Source: Cycas panzhihuaensis
Lineage: Eukaryota > Plantae > Cycadophyta
Assembly (NCBI GenBank): GCA_023213395.1
Contig: CM041465.1
Coordinates: 233,561,741 to 233,625,740, forward strand
Reading direction: 5' to 3'
DNA: 64,000 nucleotides
Under the pieces are notes generated by a model. It had not been told where the DNA came from. It did no database searches and saw only the letters and a program-made list of their open reading frames with translations. Positions 1 to 13,672 of this stretch are shown piece after piece. The position numbers and the translations under genes were made by a program. Numbering within the stretch: position 1 is the first letter of the stretch; each line of letters begins with the position of its first letter.

Positions 1-2
1 GA

Positions 3-253
3 TGTTTGACAAGTATCAAACATCAAAACTATGCCCTTTGCATGTGGGACAAGTCCCCTTGGGCTCTCTTTATAAGCAAAAGTACATGAAGGTACATTGA
101 CCCATAAGTTATAACATTATGTCACTAGAAAGAATGTGAGTGTGTACTTTATCACATTAGGTGAGAAGTCACCCTTACATAAAGTTATATAAAGTACATC
201 AATTTTACAATATAAAGTACAATACTTAATGTGTAAACATAAACGTCTTAACA
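3..253. mobile_element. Short LTR-like segment (TG...CA, ~251 bp), copy 1
   Basis: Starts TGTTTGAC and ends CTTAACA; near-identical copy at 878-1129; directly followed by copia gag coding sequence with no PBS. Confidence 0.5.
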
Positions 254-538
254 AAAGTTGCATTGAATTTTATTCATTTGTCTATAAATAATAATATAGA
301 TCAAAATATTGATTCAACTGCTACTTCTAAAGAAGTTTGGGATATCATTTTATCACTATATGAAAGACAAGATGATGTTCATATTGTAATGTTAAGAGCC
401 AAATTGTTTAGCTTACAATTTGTAGAGCCCATGGCGACATATTTATCCTTTGTAAAAGCAATCAATAATGAATTGACCACACTTGGAAAACTAGCATCAA
501 ATGAAGACCTTATTACAATTACTCTTCATGCTCTTCCA
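254..538 (+). pseudogene. Ty1/copia gag fragment (UBN2-type), copy 1
   Basis: ORF 263-571: ATSKEVWDIILSLYE...LRAKLFSLQF...ITLHALP, typical copia Gag. Confidence 0.75.
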
Positions 539-877
539 CATCAGATGATTATGATATCCTTTTATCAGTAACAGGTGACAACAGACCAATCATTATTTCA
601 ATCATGTTTCGAGGACAAAACATTTCAAGGAGGGGTTCTTGTTACAAACCACCTTAAATGAAGTAATCAACCAATCATTATCAAAAGGTCTTGTTGAATG
701 GTTGCAACTATTCATGAAAGAGCCCTATTGTGTGCATATAAATATGTCTCAATTGTAACATTCATCACTTATTTTATCAAACAAATTATTTGGTCTAGTG
801 CAATCATTTAAATCAGTCATCCTCTCAAGTTACAAAAAGGTCCATAACAAAGTGAAGGAGGACCTTGGAGGTTTGAA

Positions 878-1129
878 TGTTGGACAAGTATCAAACATCC
901 AAGCTATGCCCTTTGCATGTGGGACAAGTGCCCCTTGGGCTCTCTTTGTGAGCAAAAGTACATGAAGGTACATCAACCCTTAAGTTATAACATTATGTCA
1001 CTAGAAAGAATGTGGGTGTGTACTTTATCACATTAGGTGATAAGACACCCTTACATAAAGTTATATAAAGTACATCAATTTTACAATATAAAGTACAGTA
1101 CTTAATGTGTAAACATAAAGGTCTTAACA
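878..1129. mobile_element. Short LTR-like segment (TG...CA, ~252 bp), copy 2
   Basis: TGTTGGAC...CTTAACA, direct repeat of 3-253. Confidence 0.5.
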
Positions 1130-1872
1130 AAAGTTGCATTGAATTTTATTCATTTGTCTATAAATAATTATGTAGATCAAAATATTGATTCAATTGCTAC
1201 TTCTAAAAAAGCTCGGGATATCATTTTATCATTATATGAAAGACGAGATGATGTTCATATTGTAATGTTAAAAGCCAAATTGTTTAGCTTACAATTTGTA
1301 GAGCCCATGGCAGCATATGTATCCTTTGTAAAAGCAATCAACAATCAATTGACCACACCTGGCAAGCCAACATCAAATTAAGACCTTGTTACAACTACTC
1401 TTCATGCTCTTCCAAAGGACTACAACGGCTTCATCTTCGACATTTCCTGGAATGGCACATTGCCAAGCTTGACTTTTAATGAGGTGGAGAGATTTTTGTT
1501 GCAAAAAGAGGAGATTTGCTAAAATGAAGTAGGATCATCAAGCACTTTCACTATAAAGCACAACGGTAAATAGCCCATGGCTTCCAAGTAAAATTTTCAA
1601 AAGAAATTTAGCAACTTGAATGTTAATGGTGGAAAAGCAAAATTAGTCACTTGTTATTATTGTGGCAAAGTCAGCCACATTCAATTGGAATGTAGGAAGA
1701 AACAAAATGGCATGCATTAGCAACAATAACAACAACTACCCCCACCTAGACCAAATTGACGGGGCTATCGAGGAGGCCATCATAACAACCAACATTGGGC
1801 ATATCATGGTGGTAATCAAGGCCACACTGCACAACATAATCAAATGATAAACTATTTTGTGCATATGGTGGT
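1130..1872 (+). pseudogene. Ty1/copia gag fragment with CCHC zinc knuckle, copy 2
   Basis: Same Gag segment as 254-538, continuing through stops to CYYCGKVSHIQLEC (~1652-1693); cut by the gypsy LTR at 1873. Confidence 0.75.
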
Positions 1873-2336
1873 TGAAGCGACCAACTTCCTTTATCATTTG
1901 TTGACTTCCAAAATTGTCCATGAAAAGTTTGCTGAAAAGTTACTTTTGGTAACAAGAGTACAAAAAATAGTAATTACATCAGTCAAAATGGACAATGGAT
2001 GCAATCTGTAGGGCTAGCCAATACTGCTCAGAATATGCTTGTTTCACCTAATATCATGCTTCAGATGGCCAACCCTCTTCGAGGTGAGGTTACCTCTAGA
2101 AATTGCAACCCAATGGGTGAGTTAATTGCAGCCCTAAAAGTCAAGTTTATGCTAAGAGAACAAAACCACATGATGAGTTGGAATGGGGACTCTAACCCCT
2201 ATATATAGAGACATTTAATCTTCTAAAGGAAGTCGGCCATAAATGAGACAGTTCATTGAGATTGAAACTAGTATGAGGTTGGCTAGAAGACAGGCTATGA
2301 CTGGTCAAAGTAGGAGAGAAATTTGGGAATGTAATA
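1873..2336 (-). repeat. 3' LTR of the chromoviral gypsy
   Basis: TGAAGCGACC...TGTAATA next to the PPT; the first ~200 bp match 6960-7158. Confidence 0.75.
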
Positions 2337-5300
2337 AGTCCCTCCCCTCTAAAATATGGTTTGACCTCAAAGCATGGGTAGTTTTGGATGTTTTTGCATC
2401 CAATTCTTCTAATTCCCACATAGCATCGTCTAAATCTAAAGTCTTCCACTTAATGAGGTATACATTGACCTTCCTCGATCGTAATTCTTTTGTTCTTATT
2501 TGTAAAATCCCCTGTGGTTCAAAAGTAATCTTCCCTTCATCTAACTCAAGGACTATTGTTTGAGGGGTTACCTTTTACCCTACCTTCTTCTTGAGGCAAG
2601 ATACGTGAAAAACATTGTGGATCTTGCTTCCTGGTGGTAATGCTAGTTGGTAAGCTACTTTCCCAATTTTCCCAGTAATTTGATAAGGTCCGAAGAATCG
2701 TGGTGCTACTTTTTTGTCTATTTGTTTGTTTCATTGATGATTGCTTGTAAGGTTGGAGTCTTAGAAAGACCCAGTCTCCAACTATGAAACTCCTTTCAGA
2801 TCTTTTGGTATCAACTTGTTGTTTCATTCTGTTCCGTGTTGTATTTAAATTGTCTTTCAAAATCCTCATTGTTTGCTCCATCTGTTCTTGTTGTTCACAC
2901 ACTACTTGTACCTGTGATACTTTCGTCCATGAGAGTATAGATGGTGGCTCATACCCATATAACGTCTGGAAAGGTGTCATTTTCGTTGTTGTGTGGTAAG
3001 TGGTATTGCACCACCATTCAGCTAAATGGAGCCATCAATGCCATTGAGTTTGCTTATCAGAAGAAAAGTTCCTTAAATATCCTTCTAGGCACTTGTTGAT
3101 TGCTTCTGTCTGTCCATTTGATTGCGGGTGATAGGCTGTACTTATATTTAATTTTGTTCCCACTAATTTGAACAGATCTTGCCAAAAATGGCTTGTGAAC
3201 TTTGGATCTTGATCACTAACAATAATTTTGGGAAGCACATGCAAACGATGTATCTCCTTCATGTATATCTTTGCTATTTAACTTGCTTTTTCCATTGCTT
3301 GTGTGCCTCTGAAATGCGCATATTTGGTTATTCTATCTACAACTACAAAGATGGCATCTTTCTTTTCAGATCGTGGGACTCCTATGATAAAGTCCATTGG
3401 GATTTCTTTCCACTTTTGATGTGGAATAGGTAATGGTTGTAGTAATCCTGGACTCTTTACGTATTCATTCTTGTTTCGTTGGCACGAATTGCATTCAGAT
3501 ACATAGTTAAGGATGTTCGCTTTTATTCCCTTCCAATAAAAAGAATTTTGTATCTTTCAGTATGTTTTATCTATTCATGTATGTCCTGCTGTCGGCACTG
3601 AGTGAGTTTCTTCTAATATGGCCTTCTTTACTTTAGAAATCGTCGAGATAAATATCTTCCCCTTTCTCAGAATTAATTCTCCTTCTAATTCAAACTTGGA
3701 AGGTTTTTGGCCCTTAATTCCTTCTAATATCTTTTGTGAAAGTGGATCGCTCTTATATTCCTTGATCAACTCTTGAGTCCAGATGGGTGTGGCTATGGAT
3801 ATTGCTTTCAACGAAACTTCTTCATTGTTGTCCCCAGGTAGTTTTGAGAGAGCATCTGCAATGGCATTTTCTTTACCCTTCTTATATACTATACTGAAAT
3901 CAAATGTTTGAAGCTTGTTGACCCATTTATGTTGTTCATTTGATAGTGTCTTCTGGTTTAAGAAATATTTGAGATTGCCGTGATCTGTTCAAACTATAAA
4001 CTTATTCCTTAATAAGTATTGTCGCCATTGGTGTATGGCATGCATGATTGCCAACATTTCTTTGTTGTAAATAGGTTTGAGCTTCTCCCTGTTATTTAAT
4101 TTCCTACTTTTATAAGCAATAGGTCATTCATTTTGAATTAGTATTGCCCCTATTCAAAATCCTGAAGCGTTGCATTCTAAAATGAACAGTTGTGAAAAAT
4201 TTGGTGTTGCTAAAATTGGAGCTGTGACCATTACTTTCTTGAGTTCTTCGAAAGCATTTTTCGCTCATGGATTTTATACAAAAGCGTCTTTTTTTGTAAG
4301 GTCTATTAATGGGGATGCAATGTGAGCATATCCCTTTATAAATTTTTGAAGAAATCCTGTTTTTTCCAGGAAACTCCTTACTCCTATCATATTTTTTAGT
4401 ATTGGCCAATTAATGATGACCTGAATCTTTTTCGGATCTATTTTTATCCTTTTCTTAGTGATAACATGGCCTAAATATTCCAGCTCTTCTTTTCTGAATG
4501 TGCATTTCCTTTGATTTGCATAGAATTGATTGGACTGCAGGATTTGTAGTACTGCTTTGATATGGTCTAGATGTTTTTCCATGTTTTATTATAGATCAAA
4601 ATGCCATTGAAGAAGACTAGCACAAATTTTTGCAAAAGTGGTTTGAGAATTGAATTCATAGTGCTCTGAAAAGTTGTTGGGGCATTCGTCAACCTAAACA
4701 GCATGACTTTAAACTCAAATAGTCCCTCATGCGTATGAAAAGATGTTTTGTATATATCTTTCTCTCTGATATGAATCTGATAATACCCTAATCGTAACTT
4801 GATTTTTGAGAAATACTGTGCTCCATATATTTTGTCTAATAAATCATCTATCTGTGGGATAGGATAACAATTCTTTACCATTAATTTGTTCAACTCTCGA
4901 TAGTCTACACACATCCTATATGATCCATCTTTTTTTGGATTGACCACAATTGGTGATGCAAATGGGCTTGAACTAGTTGCGATGTATCCTTGACTTAATA
5001 ATTATCTTGTGATATTTTCAATTTCTCTTTTTAGATGATAGGGGTGCCTATATGGTCAGATATTTACTGGAGCTACTCTGGGTATTAGCTCAATGGAATG
5101 CTAATAATCTCGTTGTGGGGGAAGCCCCTGGGGTTCTTCAAATACTGCTCTATGCTCATTTATGATCTTTTGTACCTCCGTTGGTACATCTTCTATCGCT
5201 ATCTTATAATAAGTCAAAATGTATGCCGATGGATTCTTCTTCAATATTTTTTCCATGCGATGCGAAGATACCAGTTGTACTGGAGGTGTGGGCGGTGCCT

Positions 5301-6959
5301 GTAATCTATATTTGCGTCCTTTCTGACAGAAACACATGAATTAGGTCATATAGTTGGTAACTATATTACCCAAGGTCTGTAACCATTGAATTCCCAAGAT
5401 TGCGTCTACTCCTCCTATAGGCATTGCAAACATACATGTACTTACTGAATAGTTTCCAATTTGGAGATTCACCTTCTGACAATAGCCTCCACAGGGAGTG
5501 GTTTTCCTGTTTGCTATGGATACTTGAAAAGTATTCAAAGATTGTATTTTTAATCCTAACTTCTTTGCTAAGACCCTGTTGATAAAGTTGTACGTGTTGC
5601 CACTATCTACAAGTATGGCAACTGGAGCTCCTTTGATCATCCCTTGGAACCTAAGGGTTTGGGGTGTAACACTTTGTCCCATTATGGCTTGTAATGATAT
5701 TTGAACATTCTCAATATCGACTTCTAAAAGTTCATCTACGTCTGCTTCCTCTTCTTGGGCCTGATTTACTTCCTCCTGCTCTTCGTTTGGTATTTCTGCT
5801 TCGTCATTATTGATCATGAACACCTTCTTTGCGAGACATTGGTGTTCTTTATTCCACTTTTCTCCACATTTAAAACAGGTCCCCTTTTTGAGATGTTCAA
5901 CTTTGCTTGTTTCGTTTCTGTCTTTTATTACTACTAGTGGGTTTACTTTTGTGCCTGATCTAGTCTAATTTGGATTGGATTCCTATTGCTAGTATGATTC
6001 GGTTTTGCGCAAGTAGATAGACCTATGCTCTTTGAATTTTGCTCCTATGTTCTTCATATACTGGATTGCCTCATGAATATTTGAGGGGTTCATATTCTTA
6101 ATGCGAAATCTGATTGTTCCCTTTAATCCACTGATTGATGTCTTCAGAATGTATTCTGTTGGTATTCGTTCTAGTATTAGACATTGGAGCATCTGGAATT
6201 GCTCGGTGTATTCTTAAACTATTATGTTTTGTTGTAATCTTGTTAACTGAGCGAAATAGTCAGTGTTCCATGAATCTTCATATTGTTTTATTAATCCTGC
6301 TTTCAGATAGTCCCCTGATTCTGGATGGCCTAAATTGTTCTTTTGCCACCAATAAAACCACTCTAATACCCTTCCATACAAATGTAGAGATGTTATTGAT
6401 ATCTTTTCCTTATCTGATAGTTCATATACTTGGAAGTATGTTTCCTTTTGCAGTAACCAACTTCGGATGTTCCTCGATCTTTCTGGATCAAATTTTTCTA
6501 GTGTAAATTTGGTTCCCCTAAGACTCTAATCTGATTCAAAACTCCTCTAATTCTGCTGTTCATAGGTAAAACCCCTAAATCTTCTTAAGTTCTTTTATTG
6601 TTCGTTCCCCTGGCTATCTTGATCTAGGGATTCTTTGTTGAATTCTTCCATGTCTTGATGTTTCTCTGCTGATGACTCTCCTTCTTGTAGATCTAGCGTC
6701 TTATTTAAAGTTTCGAACGAAACCTGGATGCTTTTCATTGAAGTGATAAGTTCCGATGGTAAGTGAGATCATACTTCTTCTATCATGCTTCCTTCTACTT
6801 TTGTTATTGTTGTTTGCCAGTTCACCATCTTGTTTGAGACGAGGCTTTTCCCTAACCTTAGTTCCGTCCCTAGCAGAAGGGGGGGGGGCAGGAATTTGGT
6901 CAAATTTTTTTTCAATTTATCTTCGGATTCCTGCTTCAAAACGAAGCTTTGATAGCACT

Positions 6960-7158
6960 TGAAGTGACTAACTTCCTCTATCACTCGCTGACTTCCAAAA
7001 TCGTCTATGAAAAATCCGCTGAAAAGTTAATAATGGTAACAAAAGTACAAAAAATAGTAATTACACTAGTCAAAATGGATAAGGGATGTAATTCACAAGG
7101 CTAGCTAATATTGCTTGGAATACACTTGTTTCACCCAATACCGTGCTTGAGATGGCCA
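6960..7158 (-). repeat. Truncated 5' LTR of the chromoviral gypsy
   Basis: TGAAGTGACT...GATGGCCA homologous to 1873-2071, 2 nt from the PBS. Confidence 0.75.
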
Positions 7159-7829
7159 TGTGGCTGTAATATCGTGTTTGGTGGTAGCCTTTAGTTAGGT
7201 ATTTGGTGTTGCAATGTGGTTGCATGACATGCTTTTGTCTATCGTGCCTTGCTTATTGCCTTTCTAGAGTTAATGGTTCAAATCATCAGACGTCTTTGCA
7301 TATGTCATCCCGAAGGTTGCTTATGTAAGGCATCTTTGGCCTTAACATTGCCCCTAATTTGTAGCCTTTCAAATTCCTCCATATATTGGCTTGGAAACAA
7401 TGAGCTAATTGTACGTGGTATCAATCATGCCACTTGTCTTCTATTTGTTCCTTTAAGGCATCGAAGGGGTCATTGAAGTATGTAGCTATCTAATGTTCTT
7501 GTTTCCCAAAAGGTATAATGGTCTTTTAATGTATTCTATGGCAAGGCCTAATCAAGCCTTGATATCTATGATATTGAGGATTTTGAACGTATTATTAAGT
7601 TTTGCTATCCATTCATCAACGTCTATCTCAACATGTAGGGACCACTTGTGACGAACCCAAAACTAAAATGGAAAGAAAATATTTGAATTACAATAGAAAA
7701 TTATAAAAAGAATATTCTTGGCCCTAAGGTTGCGTAAAAGAATAAATTTTAAATCGAAATAAACTCATGATGATAAAGCCTAATGGAAAAGTCTTTATAT
7801 ATTGGCTTGCTTATATTATTTTAATCTTA

Positions 7830-8260
7830 TTTAATACCATTTGAAGTCAGTGTTTTCTTAGATTGCAAAAATGCAATAAATGCCTTGCAAATCCAAAAAG
7901 AAATTTTGAACTTTGTTAATAGGGTCAATCTAATATTTGGAGATGTGTATACATTGGTGGATAGGAACAAAATAGATTCTGTCTCGTGGTGGATGATTAA
8001 TTGTGCAAGGGTTGAGATGATGCAATTGCTCATTTGCATTGGTGGCAAGATTCTCTTTAGTAGGGAGGAATTGATGCATACATGACTTTGTTGCCTCTAT
8101 AAAGAGAAGCATGTTTAGATCAAGTAAGACTAAGGATTGGTGTTTATACATTCCAACCTTCATCTTCTCTCTTGCGGGAAAGGGGATTGCACAAAGGAGG
8201 GGACTTCATAGTTTTGGGATGTTGATCTCAAAAGCACAAACTTGAAATCTAGTCATTTTT
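7830..8260 (+). pseudogene. hAT transposase C-terminal dimerisation-domain remnant
   Basis: DSVSWW..., GRN*CIHDFVASIKRS, VFIHSNLHLLS across frameshifts. Confidence 0.65.
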
Positions 8261-8999
8261 GTGTTTTTGATTCTTTTCACTTGCCATACATCACGCTTTC
8301 TGGGAGAAGGATCTTTAATAGATATTGCATTATTCCATCAAAATCATTATCTTGAAGATCTTAATGATTTTTTTGATAAATAATTATATATTTTAAGTAC
8401 ATTATAACTTTGTAATCGAATTTTGATGTCATTGTGTAATAGCAATGTCCCAATTATGTAAATGCATGTCTAATTTTTGTTTCAATTTTGTATTTTTTAT
8501 TTTTAAATGCATAGGTTAATATCTTAATATGTTTTCTTTTTTATGTGCACGCTCGTGCGCCCACCCACCCACCCACATTTGATGTTTCCACTTCTTTGGG
8601 AATTTTTGGAAATTGGCTTTTTAGCATTTCCTTGTTTCCATTTCCACATTTTTATTTTTCTTGATCCTTCCCCAATCTTTTAGTTTCCAGGCTCTTATGC
8701 ATCCCCTTTAACGTTTTTCTCATCTCATCCATGTTTCTCCTTTGCTCTTCTAGGGTTTTGGTTGTTTTCTCTTGCCAAGTCTTAGTAGCCTATAAATATT
8801 ATTGACTTTGAAACACTACAACATACTTGACATTTGTAACCTACAAAATCAAGGCCACTAAACAACAATATGTTAGTGTTAGCTCATTTGCATACAAGTG
8901 TATGCAATTTTATTTTGAGAAACATGATGGTTTGTTTAATTAAGTGATTCTTGACATTGCAAGACAACTTACCGTTATTACTTGACCCATGGTTTACAC

Positions 9000-10000
9000 A
9001 CATATTGCCCTTTGTTTTGCAAGTTGGAATGCTTGGTCCTCTTCCACATTAGATTCCATCCTATGCAATATCCTTGTACTACAAGGTAGCACCCTATGAG
9101 GCTAATGTGGAAGAGATGCCAATGACACTTTTATACATTTAGGCTAGTTTACCAACTAAGATGCCACACGTTGTCCCTTTGTAAAATCACCCTTGGTGGA
9201 TTGTATGCTAGCAAACAACCCTTGCTCATACAAGCATACATAAACATTGTTATAGCACATGCCTTGCCTAGCCTACTATCAAGACAATCAATGACGTAGA
9301 TATAAACATCTAAGATACAAATTGAAGTTCTCTACATTATGACATAAACAATAAATTAACAAGGCAAGAGGTGTAAGCTACTTGACCATGAAGATGGAGA
9401 TATTAGTTATATGGTATGGACACCACCATAGGGAATTTTCATATACATAGCTCCGAGCTTTGATACCAAATGAAGGATTTATGGGAGTCAGAGGGAGCGG
9501 CAAATGCAACAAAGGGCAAAACAAATATCCAACATGATGGCGGTGTTGATAAACACCAGGGTCTTCAGACACCTTGAATTTATAGATGGGAGTTGAGTGG
9601 TAGCCCAATGTCTACTGTCGACTGGTGTTTAGAAACACTATTATAATATCCACTCGAATATTGATGAGGTCAGCTAAGTCAGCTGCACCAAACCTTATGT
9701 TGTTATAGCTAACTTGTGTTGATATGAGCCATAATGGGCATTATCCAACAATTGCTAGGATTAATTACCACCCTTTTGTGTTAGTATTCTACCCCATGCA
9801 ATGTCCCAGTCCACTAGGTAGCATCCCCATTCTTGCTTATGTGAAAGTGTTGTGAAGACCTCCTTTCTGGACACTCCATTTTATCCATTGGTCTTCCCTA
9901 GGTTTGATCCTTTTATCATGCCAACTCAAACCATTTATGGTGCCAATGCCTTTCTCTGATGGACCCCATTAGGCAAGGTGCAAAGCTCATGGATGCTAGG
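9000..10000 (-). mobile_element. Highly decayed retrotransposon pol fragments (possible)
   Basis: Only weak protease-like and G-patch-like fragments; no continuous ORF. Confidence 0.25.
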
Positions 10001-10719
10001 AGTGAGGATTAAGTCAAATGCTTAACCTTGTGAATAATCAATTACCTCTTAGTAGGGTATGGTACATAGTCCCATCCCTATATCACCTTTTATTGAATCT
10101 AGTGCATAAGATCTCCATTATAGTTGAGGGCTTTATAATCTTAAAGTGAAATGTCCTCACTCTTTGGTCACTAATCCATATGAGAGTATGATGCTCAATG
10201 GCACAAATGTGATCTTGTCTATGATTCACTCCACATAATTTTACTCTTCATATCCATGCCTAATATCAAATGGCACATACATGGTGCAAATAAATAAATA
10301 AATAACATGGCACAAGTAGGTCCATTTCATATATTTCATCTCTATATCTTATGCAACAATATTCAGATTTCATTCACATATAAAAATAAACCTTCCAATA
10401 ACATTTGCATGCATTATAACCATGGAAATGAATGGGCATGTGTTCTACTATTAAATTTGATACTTGATATGCATAAATTAAAAAGGAGGACAGCAATACA
10501 ATTAGGCTATAAATATGAAAAATTTTCCATTAAATTTAGAATTTAGTGTGAATAAATTAAAGGAGAGGACATCAATATAGGTCTGCAATAAATCTAACAG
10601 TTAAGTAGAAAAAATCATAGATGAATAGCGCATAAACAATCTCAGGTTTTAGTTTTCTAGTAGGAGAGAAACCACAGTTTTATGCAATTAATTATGATAG
10701 AAATATTCAATTACAAAAC

Positions 10720-11135
10720 TCAGCCATAGGCATGGTGAATTCCAACCATATGCGTAATGATTTCTTAGCCATCAATGCATATTTATATCAGCCATAAGGC
10801 ACCATAAGATCTAGCCATTCATTCTATCATACACAGTAATTTCCAGCCATTAATTTACTGTTATATGCTCACTTGTATGATAGATATTTTCAGCCTTAAG
10901 ATTAGTTAAGATTCAGTCATAAACCTTTTATCACTACCATCATAATTTCTAGCCAGATGCATATTCATTTCCATCCATATGCACGATCATATTTAAGCCA
11001 TAAATTCATGCTTATTGTGGCCATCATGCATACAGACATTTTAGCCGTTAATGTCATCATTTTTCAATGATAGAGGCTTGTCATCATGCATAGTAATTTC
11101 CAATTGTAGGTATAATAATTTTCAGCCATCAATCA
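10720..11135. repeat. Degenerate short-motif array (YAGCCAT)
   Basis: About a dozen (C/T)AGCCAT-like motifs at irregular spacing. Confidence 0.5.
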
Positions 11136-11602
11136 CTATCAAAAGGCATCCAAACTCCTCTTTTTATGCACGATACTTATGCATGTAATAGACTCAAATA
11201 TACAACCTAAGCACATAGCCTATATGGCTTGCATACACCTAAGTTGTATGACTTCCATGATGATAGTGCTTATGGCCTGCATGGGCAGCTATATGGTCTT
11301 ACTAACTGGCCATACAACTTGCCCACAGGTAGCCATATGTCCTACACATAATGGTGATTGTATATCTCTAAAACTAAGCTATATAGTTGAGGATAAATTC
11401 AAAAAAATAAAAGAGGAAGAAAGGAGACGAAGAGAGAGATATGGGTTTGCCATTGATACTCAATCAAAGTGGCACTTGTTGTGCTTGAGAATGTTGTCCT
11501 TCTTCCTATACACTTACCTTTGCATGGAGTGTTTGCTTCGTTTCCATGGATGACTGATGCCCTCTCTAGGGTTTGTCCTTGCTTTTAAGTGCCCCCTTAC
11601 TC

Positions 11603-11935
11603 TTGCCTTTTCAAGCTTCTCACAAGTAGTTGTGAAAGAAGTATGCTAAGCCTCTTCTCAACTCAATGTATGCTTATATACAAAATAATCTCTCAACAGC
11701 CCACCTCTTAAAAAGAGTGTGTAAGAAGATTCTCACTTGATATCCATGCTATACCCACTTGAAGGCTTTGTCTTTTCAAGCTTCCCACAAGTAGTTGTGA
11801 AAGAAGTGTGCTAAGCCTCTTCTTAACTCAATGTATGCTTATATACAAAATAATCTCTCAACAGCCCGCATCTTAGAAAGAGTGTGTTAGAAGATTCTCA
11901 CTTGATGTCCATGCTGTGCCCACTTGAGGGTTTTG
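11603..11935. repeat. Tandem duplication, ~165-bp unit x2
   Basis: CTTTTCAAGCTT...CCCACTTGA starting at 11607 and 11772. Confidence 0.9.
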
Positions 11936-11999
11936 GGGCTTTAGAATCCTTATTTCTAAGCATTTTGCAAGCCAATTTCTATCCTGTAACAAAGATGTT

Positions 12000-12280
12000 C
12001 CTATCACATAATTAGGGATTTCATATGCTAGACATCCCTTGATCACATAGTCAGGTTGTGTTCCTTGACAACACAGTTGGGGTTTTCATACATACCAACC
12101 TTGAATCTTGATCACATATTTGTGGACTTTATATGTTAAATGTTATCATCGATCATGTAGTTGGGTGATGCCCCTTGATTGCATAGCCAGGGATTTCATA
12201 CATATTAGCCACAACCCTTGTTCACACTGTTAGGTTCTACCCCTTAATCACATAGTCAACATCTCATACGTGCTAGGTTA
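12000..12280. repeat. Degenerate tandem repeats (CCTTGATCACATAGT / GGGATTTCATA motifs)
   Basis: Several diverged copies of both motifs. Confidence 0.5.
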
Positions 12281-13335
12281 GATGCATATAACATAATATA
12301 AACATAGTTATAGTTTAACATAACATAATAAATATATGTACATAGTAATGGACCCTTTCATTCTTTTTCCATAATAGCCTACTCCATCACTATGTCTTTT
12401 ATTACCCTAAAATTTTTGGGTTTGACTTAGAGTTTCTAGGGAAGATTTCTAACATGGTTTACAAGTAGTGGTTTCAACTAAGACATACAACATGACAATA
12501 ATCTATTCACAAAATTTCATTGCCAAAAAATGTATAAATGACCATGTCAAACATAACAACATATGCACACACACTCTAGGGTTCAAAATGAATAAAATCT
12601 ACTATAAATACTACAAAAACCTTGCAAAAAATAGCAAGGTCATACCAAAAAATCAAGAAGATCTACGCACAACCATCCTTGTTAGAAGACGAAAATTAGC
12701 CTTAAAAACAATGAGGAAAAGGACATTTTAGAGCCTTAGAGGTTGTTGGACATTCTAGCTTATGTAGTACATTAATCACACAATTAATAATCAACAACAT
12801 CCAACCAAGCATTGTCACAAACATCATATTCCACTACCAATCATTTATTTATTCAATCTAACCACTATTGTCAAGTGAAACTACTTTCACCAGCTGCACT
12901 ATAAACGATCCATGGTTACAAAATATTGGCTCTAGGCTAGAGGATTACTATGCCTTGATGTCATGCAAAATATGATATCTAGTTATCTAACCCTTTTACA
13001 ATGTTTCAATAAGTATTTATACTCCAATACATTAGTTATTATAGTCGATTATGAAAATTGCTTCCCAATTTGTCAGATCCATGTCGCTTCTAGTTGTGTT
13101 GGTTGCTCAGTATCGTTGCTATAGAACTCAGCCTTGCAATTGACTTGACAAGAACTAACACAAGTGGCTATCATCTCTCATAAAATTTGTGTGCTCTATT
13201 GTAGAGTATTGCGAAAAATATCAAAATTACATTAATAATATCTCTTGGACTTTATAAAAAGATAACTAATATTAATTACAAATAAATGAAATTTACAATG
13301 AAAGAAGAGAAAAGGAAGAAGCCAAAGAATATGGA

Positions 13336-13672
13336 GCTATCCACTCCCCTTTGAGCTCTTTTGGACTTCACCTATAACAAGAGAGACTAAGTTCACGGAA
13401 TTTGGACTGGTGAATGTCACAAGATAGAATTTAGTCTCTAATATTGTTCAAAAGAGGATCAAGGAGACGATAAAACCTCATGTTCCTAGTGCAAAGGGGG
13501 TGTATAACTTTTAATAGTAGACCCTCACCCCACTAACTCTCCCTTTAAGGCTCCACAAAGAATTCTTTTGAAAAGTTACCTTCTTTATCAAAATCAGATG
13601 AGGGAGCATGAGTTAAATTAGTCTCTCTTGTTATGGGTGAAGTCCACAAGAGCTCAAAGGGGAGTGGATAGC
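13336..13672. repeat. 55-bp inverted repeat pair around a 227-bp spacer (MITE-like foldback)
   Basis: 13336-13390 vs reverse complement of 13618-13672: 53/55 identical; no TSD seen. Confidence 0.85.

Larger units (their letters stand above)
1873..7158 (-). mobile_element. Degenerate Ty3/gypsy chromovirus LTR retrotransposon
   Basis: On the - strand: PBS-like 6946-6957 (degenerate TGGTATCAGAGC), gag remnants ~6000-6500, protease AILVDSGNTYNFI (5341-5823), RT (KKDGSYRMCVDYRELN; 4274-4947), RNase H ~3830-4250, integrase (IVSDQDPKFTSHFW, STAYHPQSNGQTE), chromodomain-like YLIKWK...AMWE ~2400-2540, PPT ~2340-2351; many stops and frameshifts. Confidence 0.9.

Noticed and set aside
6769-6984. Small ORF beginning and ending in MIEEV
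   Set aside because: Reflects a short nucleotide similarity between the LTR and leader; spans the PBS; no coding evidence
7159-7185. Complete 5' LTR end and TSD for the chromoviral gypsy
   Set aside because: TGTAATA (7165-7171) and GTGGT (7181-7185) are present but not adjacent, so no valid TSD
13336-13672. miR159/miR319 precursor
   Set aside because: GAGCTC and TTGGACT fragments occur, but the mature TTGGA(C/T)TGAAGGGAGCTC sequence is absent
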